Source: Rhynchobatus australiae (Eukaryota). From it: a stretch of DNA of 63,997 bases. The stretch is from assembly GCA_034780895.1 (NCBI GenBank), contig JAUZTB010000027.1:26156626-26220622 (forward strand), in the 5' to 3' direction. The notes under the pieces were generated by a model, which was given only the letters and a program-made list of their open reading frames with translations, had not been told where the DNA came from and did not search any database. Made by a program: the position numbers and the translations under genes. This document shows, one piece after another, positions 12,769 through 25,670 of this stretch. Each line of letters begins with the position of its first letter. Position 1 is the stretch's first letter.

Positions 12769-14734
12769 TACCAATAATTTTAGTTGCTTCTGTCCATACA
12801 GCTCAATTTTTTAATATTCTAAGTGCAAAAATGGATGCAGGTATATTTAAGCATCTATTTCAAAGGTAAATGTGTGTGCACTTCCAACATTTTGTTTACT
12901 CTCTTGTTTTTGCACAGCCATTTTCAATTGCTTACTGCCTACAGAAACAGCCTAAGACTCAATTGCAAAGGTCAAGTGGATCATTTTCTTGTCATTAAGG
13001 TAATTAATTTGGATGACTTCAACTTACATTTGACTGGATTTTTAAATATGCCACTGGCAGCACTACTGCTCCACCAGAAGTTAGCGTTTTGGTGTTGATT
13101 TGGCAAATGAACTTACTGGCATATGTTTCTTGTGCTCATCTGCAGGGAGATGTGGCTTTTCAGTTTATAATTTAATCAAAAACTTGTGTTTGTACTGCAA
13201 AAAGGGGAGATCTATGTTCCTGAAAGATGAGCAGAGGTTGAATTCTACAGTATTCTGTAATTTTACCAGATGCACTTAACAGAAGCTGATGTTTCATTTT
13301 GGTGACCAAATCACAATGTTTTGCAGCAGACATGTTATCAGATTTTCTGTACATTGTGACATTTGGAGAAATGTGCCATATGCATTGTAAGCAATTATTA
13401 AGTTGTGCACTAAGCATTGAAAATTTTGTAAATTAATCTGTGTTTCATACTTCATTACAATCGAGCTAATTTTGGAATTTCTCATGTTAATTGATTAGTT
13501 GTCTTATAGATGCAGATTAATGGACCCTTGCCTCTTAGAATCCTTTGTGGTGAATTTAATTGTAGTACTCCTGTTTTTGACCAGTCCATTGAAAATTGAT
13601 CATTGTCCATTTCATATCAGTTGTCTCAGTGTTTGGAATAAAGGACATTCAATAAAAAAAATGCATCTTTATTATGTTTCGCAGCACAACTGATTTGATA
13701 ATTACCTTTGAACTTCATACCTTGAAATAAAATAAATGTAAGTAATCCAGAATAAATGGTGATTTCAATGTATTTTCCCCAACACTGATTCCTGTTTGCT
13801 GTTTCTGCTTATATTCTTCATATAATATGTACAGCNNNNNNNNNNNNNCTGGATGTTTTCTCAAAGGAAAAAAAGAACCTTATAATTTTCATGTTCTGAT
13901 CTCAGAACACGCACTAGAATAAACCTGTAATTTTCATCCCCTAATGTCATTCATACAGTTTTTAATTACAAATACTGTCACCATCTGCTCACCAGTGCAG
14001 GCTACTTACCTGCATAACCTGCTTATTATAACAGTCAATTCATAAACTATATCTCAATAAAACCATCAAGCTCTATAAAAATAAGTATGCCATTTATATA
14101 ATATAAACTGATTAGTATTGAGCATGGAACATGGTGCCGACATGCAATATGAATTATGCGGAGAATGGTATCACATGTCTAGTGGAAAATAAAGCTAAAA
14201 TATACAAACAGGATTTTGAAACCCATAACAAAAAATGGTTCTAAAATGTAGCATTTCTCTAAAAGTGGAATTAATATAAAGAATCTCTCAGGTTTTAAAA
14301 TCTAGTTCAACCCAAATTCAATTGCCCTTAATTGAGATGCATTTTATTACTGTGGTGTCTTCTAATTTTGTCTTACACTGAATCATTTCACATGTGGGTT
14401 GGGTTGTCCCTTTACAAAGTAATGACAAATATGCAGAAGGACAAAGAGTTCCTCTGCATCACACAGCTGCATTTTTATGTTTTGAACATACAAGTCTTGC
14501 AGGGTATTGTTTGATTGTATGAGCCATGGTGGTCTAACAGGCAAGGANNNNNNNNNNNNNNNNNNNNNNNAGTTCATCTTACCACCATCATCCATCAATA
14601 CAGTGGAAGAATCCAATACCCAGTCGCACGTTTTCCAGATTAGTGCTAGTGCTGCCTTCATGGCAGCATCCTTGTATCTGAATCTGAACAGTACCTGTGC
14701 AATTCTTATTCTAGAGTTTTTAGCCCCTACTCTA

Positions 14735-15030
14735 GGCTGAAACTTCAGTGCAATATTCAGAGAGCACTGCACTGTTGGACGTGCAGTCCCTTATTTGAGA
14801 TGTAAAACTAAAGCTTTGTCTGCCCTCTCAAAAGGAAGCAACGAGTTCTCTAAACATTGTGACTAACATTTATCAAATTATAAACATCACTAAAAGAAAT
14901 CTAGTCCTTTATATCATGTTTGCATTTCTAAAACTTTGCAGAGCATTAGTTGGCTCTGCATTTCCATTTCTTTGAGGAGTGACTATACAAAGGTTGTGTA
15001 TATTTTGGAGAGGACCTGAAATCTTATAGA
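14735..15030 (+). mobile_element. DeuSINE-like (SacSINE1/AmnSINE-type) SINE, decayed
   Basis: cagtgcaatattcagagagcactgcactgttggacgtgc...gagatgtaaaactaaag...gagttctc...aacatttatc...aacatcactaaaa in the expected Deu-domain order. Confidence 0.6.
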
Positions 15031-15294
15031 GTTTGCTGTTGTTTGTATTAGAAATTCAGGTTTCTGGACCCAAACTTGAAAGTGGCGCAGTGGGTTTCCA
15101 ATATTTAATCTGAAGCTGAAAAATAATGCAGTATTTCACATTGACTGAAGGAGAGCTTAATTTTGAGAGGATCTTTGAAATCCAGTGTTGGCCATCATTA
15201 ACCAGAGAGTGGAAATTATAGGACTATGGTTTGTCAGGAACACCTAAAGTCCTTCACGTATTTTGAAGTTCACAGTTCGTTCCTAATTGTGTAA

Positions 15295-15560
15295 TGAGAA
15301 ATCACAGCAGCCAGTTACATAGAGTAGCATAGGAGAGATCACCACATTTAACTGATCTGAGGGTAAGTTAATTTAGTGTTGTTTGTGGAGAGAGGGTATG
15401 TGGCCAGGACATCAAAGAAACTTTCTCTTCTTCAGATGGAGCTCTGTGAACAGTTGTTAGCTTCCCACTTCATTGGAATGGGGCATCTCCAACAATGCTG
15501 CAGTCCTGTCATTCAGCGGTCAATTATCAGCCTAGTTAAGAGACATCCTGCCACAAAATT
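15295..15560 (-). mobile_element. DeuSINE-like SINE, decayed, inverted relative to 14735-15030
   Basis: cagcagccagtt...tttagtgttgtttg...agggtatgtggccaggacatc...tcttcttc...catctccaacaatgctgcagtcc is the reverse complement of Deu-domain blocks. Confidence 0.45.
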
Positions 15561-16439
15561 GCTGCTACCTGAGCTAATCAGTCAGAATGCTCAAATTTTT
15601 AGACTAAAGTGATAATATTTTTCATTTTAGATTGTGAATGAAGTGGCAAATTCCTTCCAAACACAGAAAAAATAGCAATCTGGACAACCATAAAGTCGTG
15701 AACAACTGGTGAGTAAAATATAAACTTCAGGAATTCAATTAATACTGGAAAGAAAGTTATGTTTATTCATATTATTAGGTGGAATTTTCAATGCTCCACC
15801 TTTGGGTTAAGTTATCAATTTAAAAATGAGGAAAATCAAAGTACTTTAGTGCGATGGAGATATTTGGAATAACCTTTCTGTTGGTCCTGTGGCACATCAT
15901 TAAACAGCGTGAATATGACCATTCAGCANNNNNNNNNNNNNNNNNNNNNNNNNNNNNNNNNNNNNNTAGCCAGATTTTCAAACACGCAAAGGATAAACTT
16001 GGCAATATAAGATTCACCTCGCGTGGGTGGAATCTATAAAGTAAATTAAGGGCTGTAAAATTCAGTTTCACCACGCCCATTGCCACATACTCTTTATTGG
16101 TAAATGTGATGATGCAGATTTATGGGGATCATATATGCCTGGAGCTTTGCTGGATTATCTTAGGGAACCAGAGAACTATTTCCTGAAGATTTTTAATAAA
16201 TGCATTTTAAGGTTTTTCTTTGTGTATTTGCCTCAGGATAAATCAGGGTTCTCTATGTTTGAAACAAGTGGATTTGATGGGCCTGATGTTCTTTCTTGTC
16301 ATTCTTTTTATTTGTATTACTTGTTAAAAAGTAATCATATAAAACAGATTGTTAAGAGGTCCAGTTCAGCAAGTATTTTAAGTTTGTTTTGTCTTAGTGG
16401 CCTCTTTAATTATAGAATTAGTATTTTAACAAATGTAAC

Positions 16440-16556
16440 ATGGAGGGCTATGTGGGAGGGAAGGGTGAGATAGATATTAGAGCAGGATAAAGTGTCGGCA
16501 CAACATTGTGGGCCGAAGGGCCTGTACCTTGCTGTAGTGTTCTGCGTTCTATGTTT
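16440..16556 (+). mobile_element. CR1-like 3' end (young-looking)
   Basis: atggagggctatgtgggagggaaggg...gtcggcacaacattgtgggccgaagggcctgtac...ttctatgtt. Confidence 0.7.
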
Positions 16557-16640
16557 CATAAGAAACAGAGGCAGTAGTAGGCCATTTGACCCCTCATACC
16601 TGCTCCAGTATTCAAGAAGATCATTGTTGATCTTTCACTT
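16557..16640 (-). mobile_element. CR1-like 3' end, tail-to-tail with the previous copy
   Basis: cataagaaacagaggcagtagtaggccatttgacccctc...cctgctcc...attcaagaagatcattgttgatc. Confidence 0.55.
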
Positions 16641-17519
16641 CCTTATTAACCTCATAATTCCTTACTATCTATTAATTTATCAATCAAAATACCCATCTGA
16701 TGTTGTGCACCATTCTAGGACAAGGTGTTCATCATTACTTCCTGGGTATAAAGCAAAATATAACATGATCTAATATTTTTCAAAGGGGCTCACCAGTACA
16801 TTCTCCTTTTTAGTTAATAGAAAAATAATTGATGTCCTCTGTGTGCAATCTTCTTCACCCCAATCTGCATCCTGCAATCTATTCACACATTTTACAACCA
16901 AATGCCAACGGTCAATCTCAAGTAAGTTTACCGCATAGAAGAGGTGATCTGCTCAGTATGACTTTCTGAATGAGCTTTCAGCTTAAGTGCCAGCATTTAA
17001 TATAGTTGATATTTGGCAAATATTATGGATTCTATGTCTGAACAACTTTTGGTGTGCAAAAGAAAACCTGCCCAACCCATTCATTCTTATATTAACAATC
17101 TTAATTTATCTCTCCAATTAGCAACTCACCAACTAATGGAAATAGTTTTTACCTATTTATCTTTTTTTAAACCCTTCAGGCAAGTGAATTCTAGGGCAAT
17201 AAATGCTCAGAATATTGTAATAAGCATAATTTGCTTGTAACGATTTCCATTTATAATGACCATGAAGAAGTAATGATCAATTGTTAAATTGGGGATCTGT
17301 ATTTCCTTAACTTATTCAATGACTAGTGCATACTTATAATTTTCCAACAAAATTCTAAAAGTTAAATTATATCTCTAAACCACTTTTCCATATTTACCAC
17401 TGAGCATCACTCAAAAAAGCTGTTTAATCATATACCAATTCTCCCTCCTCAAAGAATACTTTGAAGATAAAAAGGCTGAAGATCAGTTTTAATTAATTTT
17501 GAATTTGTCTCCTCAGCTA

Positions 17520-17780
17520 CTTAAAGTGCTCCATTTTAATATTGTCACCCTCATGTTCAAATCCCCCCCATAGCTTCTCCTCCTGCTTTCCTGTCACATC
17601 TTACGATGCTCTTCTTTCTTTGTTTTACCATTAGTAACCATGCCTTCAGCTAGAAGGTCCCTAAGAACTGGAATTCGCTCCCTAAATCTTTCTACCTCTT
17701 GATGTCTCCCTTCTTTTTGAAAAGCTCCTAAAAGCTTATTACTTCACCAAGCATTTGGTCACCAGTTCTAATGCCGTCTT
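17520..17780 (+). mobile_element. L2-clade LINE ORF2 C-terminus and 3' end
   Basis: Codes FNIVTLMFKSPH (cf. FKIL.LVFKSLH), HAFS*KVPKNWNSLPK (cf. RAFS..GP.LWNSLP) and LKAYYFTKH/AFG-like ends. Confidence 0.65.
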
Positions 17781-17795
17781 CTTTTGTTAAAGTTA

Positions 17796-17878
17796 CCTCA
17801 GGAGGATGTAGAAGACTCCATGGCATCATTTTGAAGAAGAGTTCTGCCTGTTGTTCTTGCCAATCTCTCACTCAGCAT
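17796..17878 (+). mobile_element. DeuSINE-like fragment
   Basis: ctcaggaggatgtagaagactccatggcatcattttgaagaagagttc; a similar fragment lies at about 27093-27140. Confidence 0.55.
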
Positions 17879-17884
17879 TAGAAT

Positions 17885-18300
17885 AATAGAAAATTGATAA
17901 CACAGAAGGCCATTTAGCCTTTGCTGGCTGAAAAATAATTGAATTCCACCTTTCCAGACCAGGACCATGGTCCTTCAAATATACATCCAGGTACCTTTTT
18001 AGAGTGATAGGGTTTCTGCCTGTACCACACTTGTTGGCAGTGAGTTCCAGGCCCCTACCTCCCTCTGGGTGAAAAACACTTCTCATCTCTCCTTCAATCC
18101 TTCTACCAATTATTTTAAAATTTATACTGCTTATTTTTGATCTTTCTGCTAAAGGATATTGGTTGTTCATGTGTAGGACCTTGTATATTTATTTTATCTC
18201 AATAAATTCTCACCTCAGCACCCTGTGTTCCAAAGAAAACCACAAAGCCTTTCCCGTTTTCCTCATTGTTCAAAATTTCTAGTGCTAGTAAATCTACTCT
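17885..18300 (-). mobile_element. CR1-like LINE 3' fragment
   Basis: ORF 17868-18170 includes KIIGRRIEGEMRSVF; gagttccaggcccctacctccctctgggtgaaaa is the reverse of the FTQRVV.AWNSL motif. Confidence 0.7.
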
Positions 18301-18371
18301 GCGTCAAAGAATGGTGATCAAATTGCTGATGGTAGAAGCTCACTATGTACGAATTTTTTAAATTAAAAAAA

Positions 18372-18482
18372 ATGATTTACAGCATGGTAACAGGGCCTTC
18401 TGTCCCAACGAGTCCACTCCGCCCATTTTAAGCCCCAAATTAACCTACCCGTATGTCTTTGGAATGTGGGAGGAAACTGGAG
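18372..18482 (-). mobile_element. V-SINE (HE1-like) fragment, cut by a gap
   Basis: gtatgtctttggaatgtgggaggaaactggag is the reverse of the V-domain ctccggtttcctcccacattccaaagac; CR1-type tail lies to the left. Confidence 0.7.
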
Positions 18483-18979
18483 NNNNNNNNNNNNNNNNNN
18501 NNNNNNNNNNNNNNNNNNNNNNNNNNNNNNNNNNNNNNNNNNNNNNNNNNNNNNNNNNNNNNNNNNNNNNNNNNNNNNNNNNNNNNNNNNNNNNNNNNNN
18601 NNNNNNNNNNNNNNNNNNNNNNNNNNNNNNNNNNNNNNNNNNNNNNNNNNNNNNNNNNNNNNNNNNNNNNNNNNNNNNNNNNNNNNNNNNNNNNNNNNNN
18701 NNNNNNNNNNNNNNNNNNNNNNNNNNNNNNNNNNNNNNNNNNNNNNNNNNNNNNNNNNNNNNNNNNNNNNNNNNNNNNNNNNNNNNNNNNNNNNNNNNNN
18801 NNNNNNNNNNNNNNNNNNNNNNNNNNNNNNNNNNNNNNNNNNNNNNNNNNNNNNNNNNNNNNNNNNNNNNNNNNNNNNNNNNNNNNNNNNNNNNNNNNNN
18901 NNNNNNNNNNNNNNNNNNNNNNNNNNNNNNNNNNNNNNNNNNNNNNNNNNNNNNNNNNNNNNNNNNNNNNNNNNNTGTA

Positions 18980-19050
18980 TTTCAGCACAGCTTTGTGGGC
19001 CGAAGGGCCTGAATTGTGCCGTCGTTTTTCTATGTTTCTATGTTTCTATG
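18980..19050 (+). mobile_element. CR1/SINE 3' tail with (tttctatg)n
   Basis: cagcacagctttgtgggccgaagggcctg...tttctatgtttctatgtttctatg. Confidence 0.65.
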
Positions 19051-22000
19051 TGTTCTTTCCGAATCATGGTTGCATATAAATAAGTAGTTCATTCAATTCT
19101 GGTCAGCTTTCGCTTCATTCATACTGACTATGAAAAGTTTGGCAGTTGTAAAACAAGCTTATAGTATATATTGGATGTATATAGAGCTTTTAAAGAACCT
19201 TTTGTACCAGGAGGTGTGTCTTTTGAATTTTTGTTTCATCAGACATTGCTCTTAGATCAGTATCGTTTGCCTTCAATAAATGATGTGTCTGGTTAGAAGC
19301 TTTATCCTTGTTACTTGTCTTTATGAAGTGTCAATGGGAACTACTAAGGGGAGGTAGTTAGTTACTATCTTTTATAAGGTTGCTATAGTCTGGCACTTGC
19401 ATGGCATGAAAGTTGCTTGTCACTAAGTAGCTTGAGTCTGAATGTAATCTTTGATTATTCTTAGTCATTGAGAAATTGTAGATGGTACCGGACATTGCAA
19501 TTAACAGCAAATGGCCCAATATCTGACCCTAGAGAAGATCCTAGGATGCTGTCCAGATGAATTCCTGCTGTGATATCCTACACTTGAGATGATTGTTCTC
19601 CAACAACTACATCCATTTTCCAATGTGTCNNNNNNNNNNNNNNNNNNNNNNNNNNNNNNNNNNNNNNNNNNNNNNNNNNNNNNNNNNNNNNNNNNNNNNN
19701 NNNNNNNNNNNNNNNNNNNNNNNNNNNNNNNNNNNNNNNNNNNNNNNNNNNNNNNNNNNNNNNNNNNNNNNNNNNNNNNNNNNNNNNNNNNNNNNNNNNN
19801 NNNNNNNNNNNNNNNNNNNNNNNNNNNNNNNNNNNNNNNNNNNNNNNNNNNNNNNNNNNNNNNNNNNNNNNNNNNNNNNNNNNNTTCTACCTACATTTTG
19901 TTTTGCAAGTCAAATTTCTCTTTTGGACAACTCTGCTTGTTGACTAAAATTACATTGGACTATCATGTCACAAATGGGTGCCTTTGGATATTGAGAAAAT
20001 GACAGCTTTTAAAGTAATATTTGTTCATGATTGTTCTCAAGACCCAAGAAGGCATGCTTATAAAAAGGACATGTTTTGGTTGAGAAGCTCAATGTCTGCA
20101 GTCCAGGCATCAGTTATAATTGGCATGGTTAACTATTAGTTTACATTATTAAGGTGTTCCTGCTTTAAAATGCCACTGATGTATGATAAAGCCTAGTAAC
20201 AAACATCAGACAGGATTTTTTAGGCTCTCTAATTTTAGTAGAATTCTTGGACTCTAATTGGTCTGGTCTAAAACAGTTAAAATAGTTGAAACATCTGTTG
20301 AAAATACTATAAAACTTTCTCAAAAAATAATATCCTTTTGGAATAATCTGCTCTAGAGGGCTGAGAAAATATTAACATTAAAATGTATTCAAACTGTTCA
20401 CTTTAGTAGAACATTTCAGTAATCTTAAACAAAATATGTAAAAATTTATGGAGGATCATGACCCTGATAATTCATATTTCACTGTAGTTATATATTGATA
20501 CTAATTGTAACATCTCCTGCTCTATCTGGGCTGTTTTAATCCTTATGGATCATAAATTAACTGGCCGGATACCGATATTAGCTAAATCCACAGGCTTATG
20601 TTGGACAAAACTGAAGTGTCGTCCTTTGATATACACACAACTCTCATATATTTATAGATTAAGATGTAGAAATTGATTAACTTACTTGTTGTGTCACTTA
20701 ACTTCTAGAAATTTCTGTTGTGTTTCAGTGATAAAAAATGATCCTTTTTCCTGCAGTGCTATTAGCTTTTCTTACACTTTCCAGGTCAGTAATTCTTCTG
20801 CTAAGAGTTCATCCTGCTTAGACCGATCTGCTGTCCTTTTTTTAATGAGGTTATTTCTGGGTTATTAGCCTTGATATGATATGATACCTTATGTGTAAGA
20901 CTTAATTGATGTAAATCAAGTACAGCATACAGAGGAGAATCAGCAGGATCAGCTGAAAATTGCTTTGTGTGATTGTTTTTTTTTATCCCGTTTGCATTTG
21001 CCTTTACATGTTTCAGTTGTATTTCGAAACCAGCTTTGCTTTTAATGAGGAAAATGTTTCAGCTTGCTAATACCTGATTGTAAATCTTTGTGTGCAAATA
21101 CAATTCTACAGGATGGGAAACTGAAGAAATGCTGTGGCATTTTGCTTTGCTGAATAAGCTTTAGGTAGAAGTTAAGGTGAGAACGATCCACTGGCAGGAA
21201 TGTTATTTTATGATTCAGCAACCTAATTAGCTTTTTCTTAATTTTTTAATATAATGGGAAACCTTTCAAGTGAAATCAAGGTTATGTATTTTTTTAACAG
21301 TTCCCTTTTCTGTAAATGTTTTAATGTAAGGATCAGTAACAATAATTTGATAATTGATGAAGAATAGTTTAATATATATTTATGTTCTTGACAAGTGTTG
21401 AAATGTGGCCCAGAAACTTGATCACCCTGTGCCTGGGTGCATGATCCTCAAGAATGGCATGGAAAAATATCAGTTTGATTATGAGATGGAGTATTGCTAC
21501 CCACAATATTGGATGAGGTGAAGCATCATATTAGTTTTCAGTCAATCATTGTCTCACAAATAGACCCAAAGCTCTCCATACCAGAAGGACCACCTACATC
21601 TCTTTTGCCAAAACAAAGTGACATTAAGGANNNNNNNNNNCCTTTTCCTAGTTTTTAGGGTTCTCCAGAATGCATATTGGCACAGAGCGCCCCCACTTTG
21701 CCTTGTGCAGTCCTCCCCTCACAAACAAAGCATCATTATCAATTGGAAAGTGGCATCTCCATCTTAGCACAGAATTGGCCCTGTCCACAGACTACACACC
21801 ATGCAAGTCCATTGCTGGCAGCACAGCAGTGATTGAGGTTCTTTCATCCTGTTCTCTAGGCCTGCCTTTCATTCATGCCAGGCCTAAATTTTAAAAACTG
21901 CCTTCCTGATCACCAGGAGTATGCTGTTTGGGAAGCCTGAGCAGAACTTGGCAAGCTAGGAGGCTATCAGCGCGATCACAAGAAATATGATTCAATAAAC

Positions 22001-22179
22001 AATCGCATTGTATAGCAATTATTGTAGTGCATTGTATAACAAAGCTTTAAATGTCAGAACTGTTGTGGAAAAGTCTTGCAGTACATGTGATTACCATTAC
22101 CCTAAGTAGCGAATACTTCAGCAGAAGCAAGCTGACAAAGTGGATGGATTGCATGGATAGAGAGAGAAACATCAGTCAC

Positions 22180-23350
22180 CAGTGCCTCTCACTCTCAGAC
22201 TTGAGGTCATTCAAGAACACTTGGCCCAGACTATGGCTCTCTAAACTAATACAACATTGGTTCTATGGTTATCACCATCATTTGCCATGCAATCTCCTTC
22301 CCCTTTGGTCTTGCCTCCTTCCGCTCCACTCCCAAATCCAGAGAAAAAGCAAACTTATGAAGCAATTCAGCTCCATCTCTATCCAACAGTTGGCGGGTAA
22401 TAATATGAGTAAACCACGTCCAAGCCTTTATCTCCAGACTTGCATACAGCTTTCCCTGTCCTATTGATCCCAGATGGTCCTTCCCAATAGCTACAGCTTG
22501 GGAGGGAGGAGGCTGTTAAGTTTCCATCATGGACAATTCAGGTGGATGCAGTGGGTAACCTGGAGCAGTAGTGGGCTCTGGGAGTCTTCTGTAGCAATGC
22601 CAATCACAGTGGGCATGACCCTGACCCTTGGAATAATGATCACTCTTGTATGCGGATGAGTTCAATCTCCTTTTCATCAACCAAAAAAGGGAATGTTTTA
22701 GATACATCTGTGTTTAGAGTATGTGCTTATCATGGCGGAATGGCTAATATGAATGTGGTTTGTACATTACAGGGTGACCAAATGGTAACAACAATGGTGA
22801 GTGTCAGTCTGAGGAGAATGAATAGTGAAATGTGGTGCAATGATTACAGCAGCTGTAGCCACCTCAAGGGTAGTGTGCATTGGAATTGAGACTCCAGCTG
22901 TTCATGAACGATCTCACAGGGACGAACTCCCTCACCACCAACCAAGTAAGGTCTTTGTATTTGTTTGAGAATTCTGATGATGAGGCAGTCTGCAAAATGG
23001 CTTTGACAGTCTGTTCAGGGAACCATCCAATAGGATTCACTGTCTCTTTNNNNNNNNNNNNNNNNNNNNNNNNNNNNNNNNNNNNNNNNNNNNNNNNNNN
23101 NNNNNNNNNNNNNNNNNNNNNNNNNNNNNNNNNNNNNNNNNNNNNNNNNNNNNNNNNNNNACAGAACAGAACGATCTGTGGCAGTAAGGTCAGGCCTACC
23201 TTTCATAATACCGGAGGCAGGTGGAACCTCAGCACATAATGATATTGTGATGTTTGCTACCCAGCCTCTATGCACAGCCTGGTGCAGCCACACACTAAGG
23301 TGGCTATAAGGATGAGGGCTACCTTGGATACGGCTTCCCAGTGCTTTCTC
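22180..23350. mobile_element. PIF/Harbinger relic: Myb/SANT-like part on minus (about 22180-22400), nuclease part on plus (about 22870-23350)
   Basis: Minus tgggccaagtgttcttgaatgacctc resembles W.QC.K.FNDL; plus ggtggctataaggatgagggctacc resembles GWLLGDKGY, preceded by gctacccagcc (YPG.) and aaggtcagg..ctttca. Confidence 0.4.
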
Positions 23351-23854
23351 CAGCTGCTTCCTTTCTTCAGCAGCAACTCTTTAAGATGCGCAGTTGACAT
23401 TAAGTTATTTTAATATATTTGTTCATGGGATGTGAACATTGTTGGCAAAACCAGTCCTATTGTCCATCACTGTATACTTTAAAATTTAGTAGCTTACTAA
23501 TCCATTCCGAGGTTAGTTATGAGTTAGTGACACAGGTGACATCTGTACCCACTCTTCTACACTGAAAGCAGCCGTGCTACTCCACTCATGGTTCCGAACG
23601 GACAGCGTAAATGTTACACCCTGCACTGTGCACTGCCCCCTTTCCATTTGTTTCTGGGTGCAGTCAAAATCGCAGACCATGAAATTATTTGGCTTTGTGG
23701 AAACTGTCAACTTGTATTTTCAGACCCGAGATGATCAGCCAGTTCACTAATGCAAAGTGTCGAGCTATAAAACTAGAAATACCCCACTTCACCCTGGAAA
23801 ACATCAATCAGAGAGTGACATTACACTACAGTATCAGGTGAGATGCAGTCTGAA

Positions 23855-23899
23855 TATTCTATTCTATTCTATTCTATTCTATTCTATTCTATTCTATTC
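23855..23899 (+). repeat. (TATTC)9 microsatellite
   Basis: Nine perfect pentamer units read directly. Confidence 0.95.
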
Positions 23900-24974
23900 A
23901 CCCAAACAGATTTACAACAGAAAGTTAATGAGCTTGAATAGCATGCACTTACATGCAGAATTTTTATGCAATGATATGACATCTTCCTAAAGATTGCCTA
24001 AGTGAATATCTGTGTACCACGCTTATGAGTGCCACATGACCTGCTCTGATTGCTTTGAAGTAAAGCTGATGGACATTATGAGCAAATTCTGCCATGCCAG
24101 CTGTCTATAGGTCAGCACAAACCACATTCTTTCTAACCCACACTCATTTGGCTATGCACACAGAATGTTCTGGAATCCCATTACGTCCTGTAGCCTGTCA
24201 GGTAATTGCCATTAGAATTGAATGATTGAGGTTGACTGATGTAAGACATCTGTAACATACTTCTATTACTATTTCTTGGCAAGAAACAGCAACTAAAGCA
24301 GTCATGATCACAAGGAGCCCCACAGCACTGCATATTGGTCCATCGAGCTAGCAGGTTATACATCCTAATGCATTCTTAAGGTGGCGTTTATTGATGATGG
24401 TTAACATTGCTTGCAAACAAAGGCCTTAGTCACCAAGGTAAAATAGGAAGCAAACACGTAAAGGTTATCCACTGGTGACATTTATAAATCTCTCATCAAT
24501 GAGGTGGATACAATTGCAACTGTGTGCCACGGTATTGCACCAAGTTAGATAAAAATGGAAGGGGACAGAAGTTAAACCGGCAGAATGAATTATTTACTCA
24601 ATTCTGATTATTTTGAAAATGTGTTTTCTAGGAAAACAAAAGATGCCTGCATCTCCAATGCACACTCACACATAATTAGAATCTGATTTTAGGCATTTAT
24701 TTAGACTTGACAAAGTAAAGCTACATTAAGAGTATGTAGTTGTGCATTTCACAGTAAAATATTTAAAAGATGTCACAATGTGCATATCAGTTTTTTTAAT
24801 AAATCATCTGTTCTAATTTCAGATTGAGGGGATTGATAGAATTTTCAAAAGTAATCTCAACATTTTTAAAAATTGTTGTATTGTCTCAGCCCCTGTCTAC
24901 TAAAATGTAAACAATTAACCTTCCCTGTACCATGTTATAATTAGCTTTTCTAAAACATAATGGAAACAGTGTGA

Positions 24975-25670
24975 GCTTACCCAGTCAGTGGCATTCTGAC
25001 CTATTAGTCAAATCGATTTGGACTGAAGGCCCTCTGTGGACATGTGCATAACGTAGGCTGACATTTTGTGTTACTGGAGGTACCATCCTCCAGATGAAAC
25101 ACTTAACTAGAGATGAAAATCAAAACAATGCAGATGCTGGAAGTCTGAAAGAAAAACAGAAAATGTTAGAAACACTCAGCAGATCAGGCAGGTCTGAGAT
25201 AATACTGTAATTTTTAAAAATGTTGAGTTTCCTTTTGAAAATTTAAATCTCAACAATTCCCTGAAATTGGAATAGATGGTAAGAGAAACAGAGTTAATGA
25301 TCATAAACTTATTTTCTCATTTCTCCAGTTCTGACAAAGGATCTTCAACCTGAAACATGAACTCTGTTTCTCTTTCAACAGATGCTGTCAGACCTGCTGA
25401 GTATTTCCAGCGTTCTCTGTTTTTATTTAACTACAGGTTCTTGCAGGCTCAGNNNNNNNNNNNNNNNNNNNNNNNNNNNNNNNNNNNNNNNNNCCAAGTG
25501 GCCAGGGCAATAATTGTCCCTTAAGGAGCTCCATCAATAACAAATCACCCATTTGCAATTTGTGGGGTCACAGTATTGCAGATTGTTTACTATGTTTGCC
25601 TGAAGGGCCACTCAAAACTGCACTTCAAAGTAATCCAGTAGAACTGAAGCATCATGAATGTCTTTAGGTT
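24975..25670 (+). mobile_element. DeuSINE-like SINE interrupted by a fold-back element and a gap
   Basis: ctggaggtaccatcctccagatgaaacacttaac before the insertion; gtggccagggcaataattgtccc...tgtggg...actgcacttcaaagta after it. Confidence 0.55.
25110..25428. mobile_element. Penelope-derived fold-back element
   Basis: aaaaacagaaaatgttagaaacactcagcagatcaggcag pairs with ctgtcagacctgctgagtatttccagcgttctctgttttt; inner agagaaacagagtt pairs with aactctgtttctct. Confidence 0.8.
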
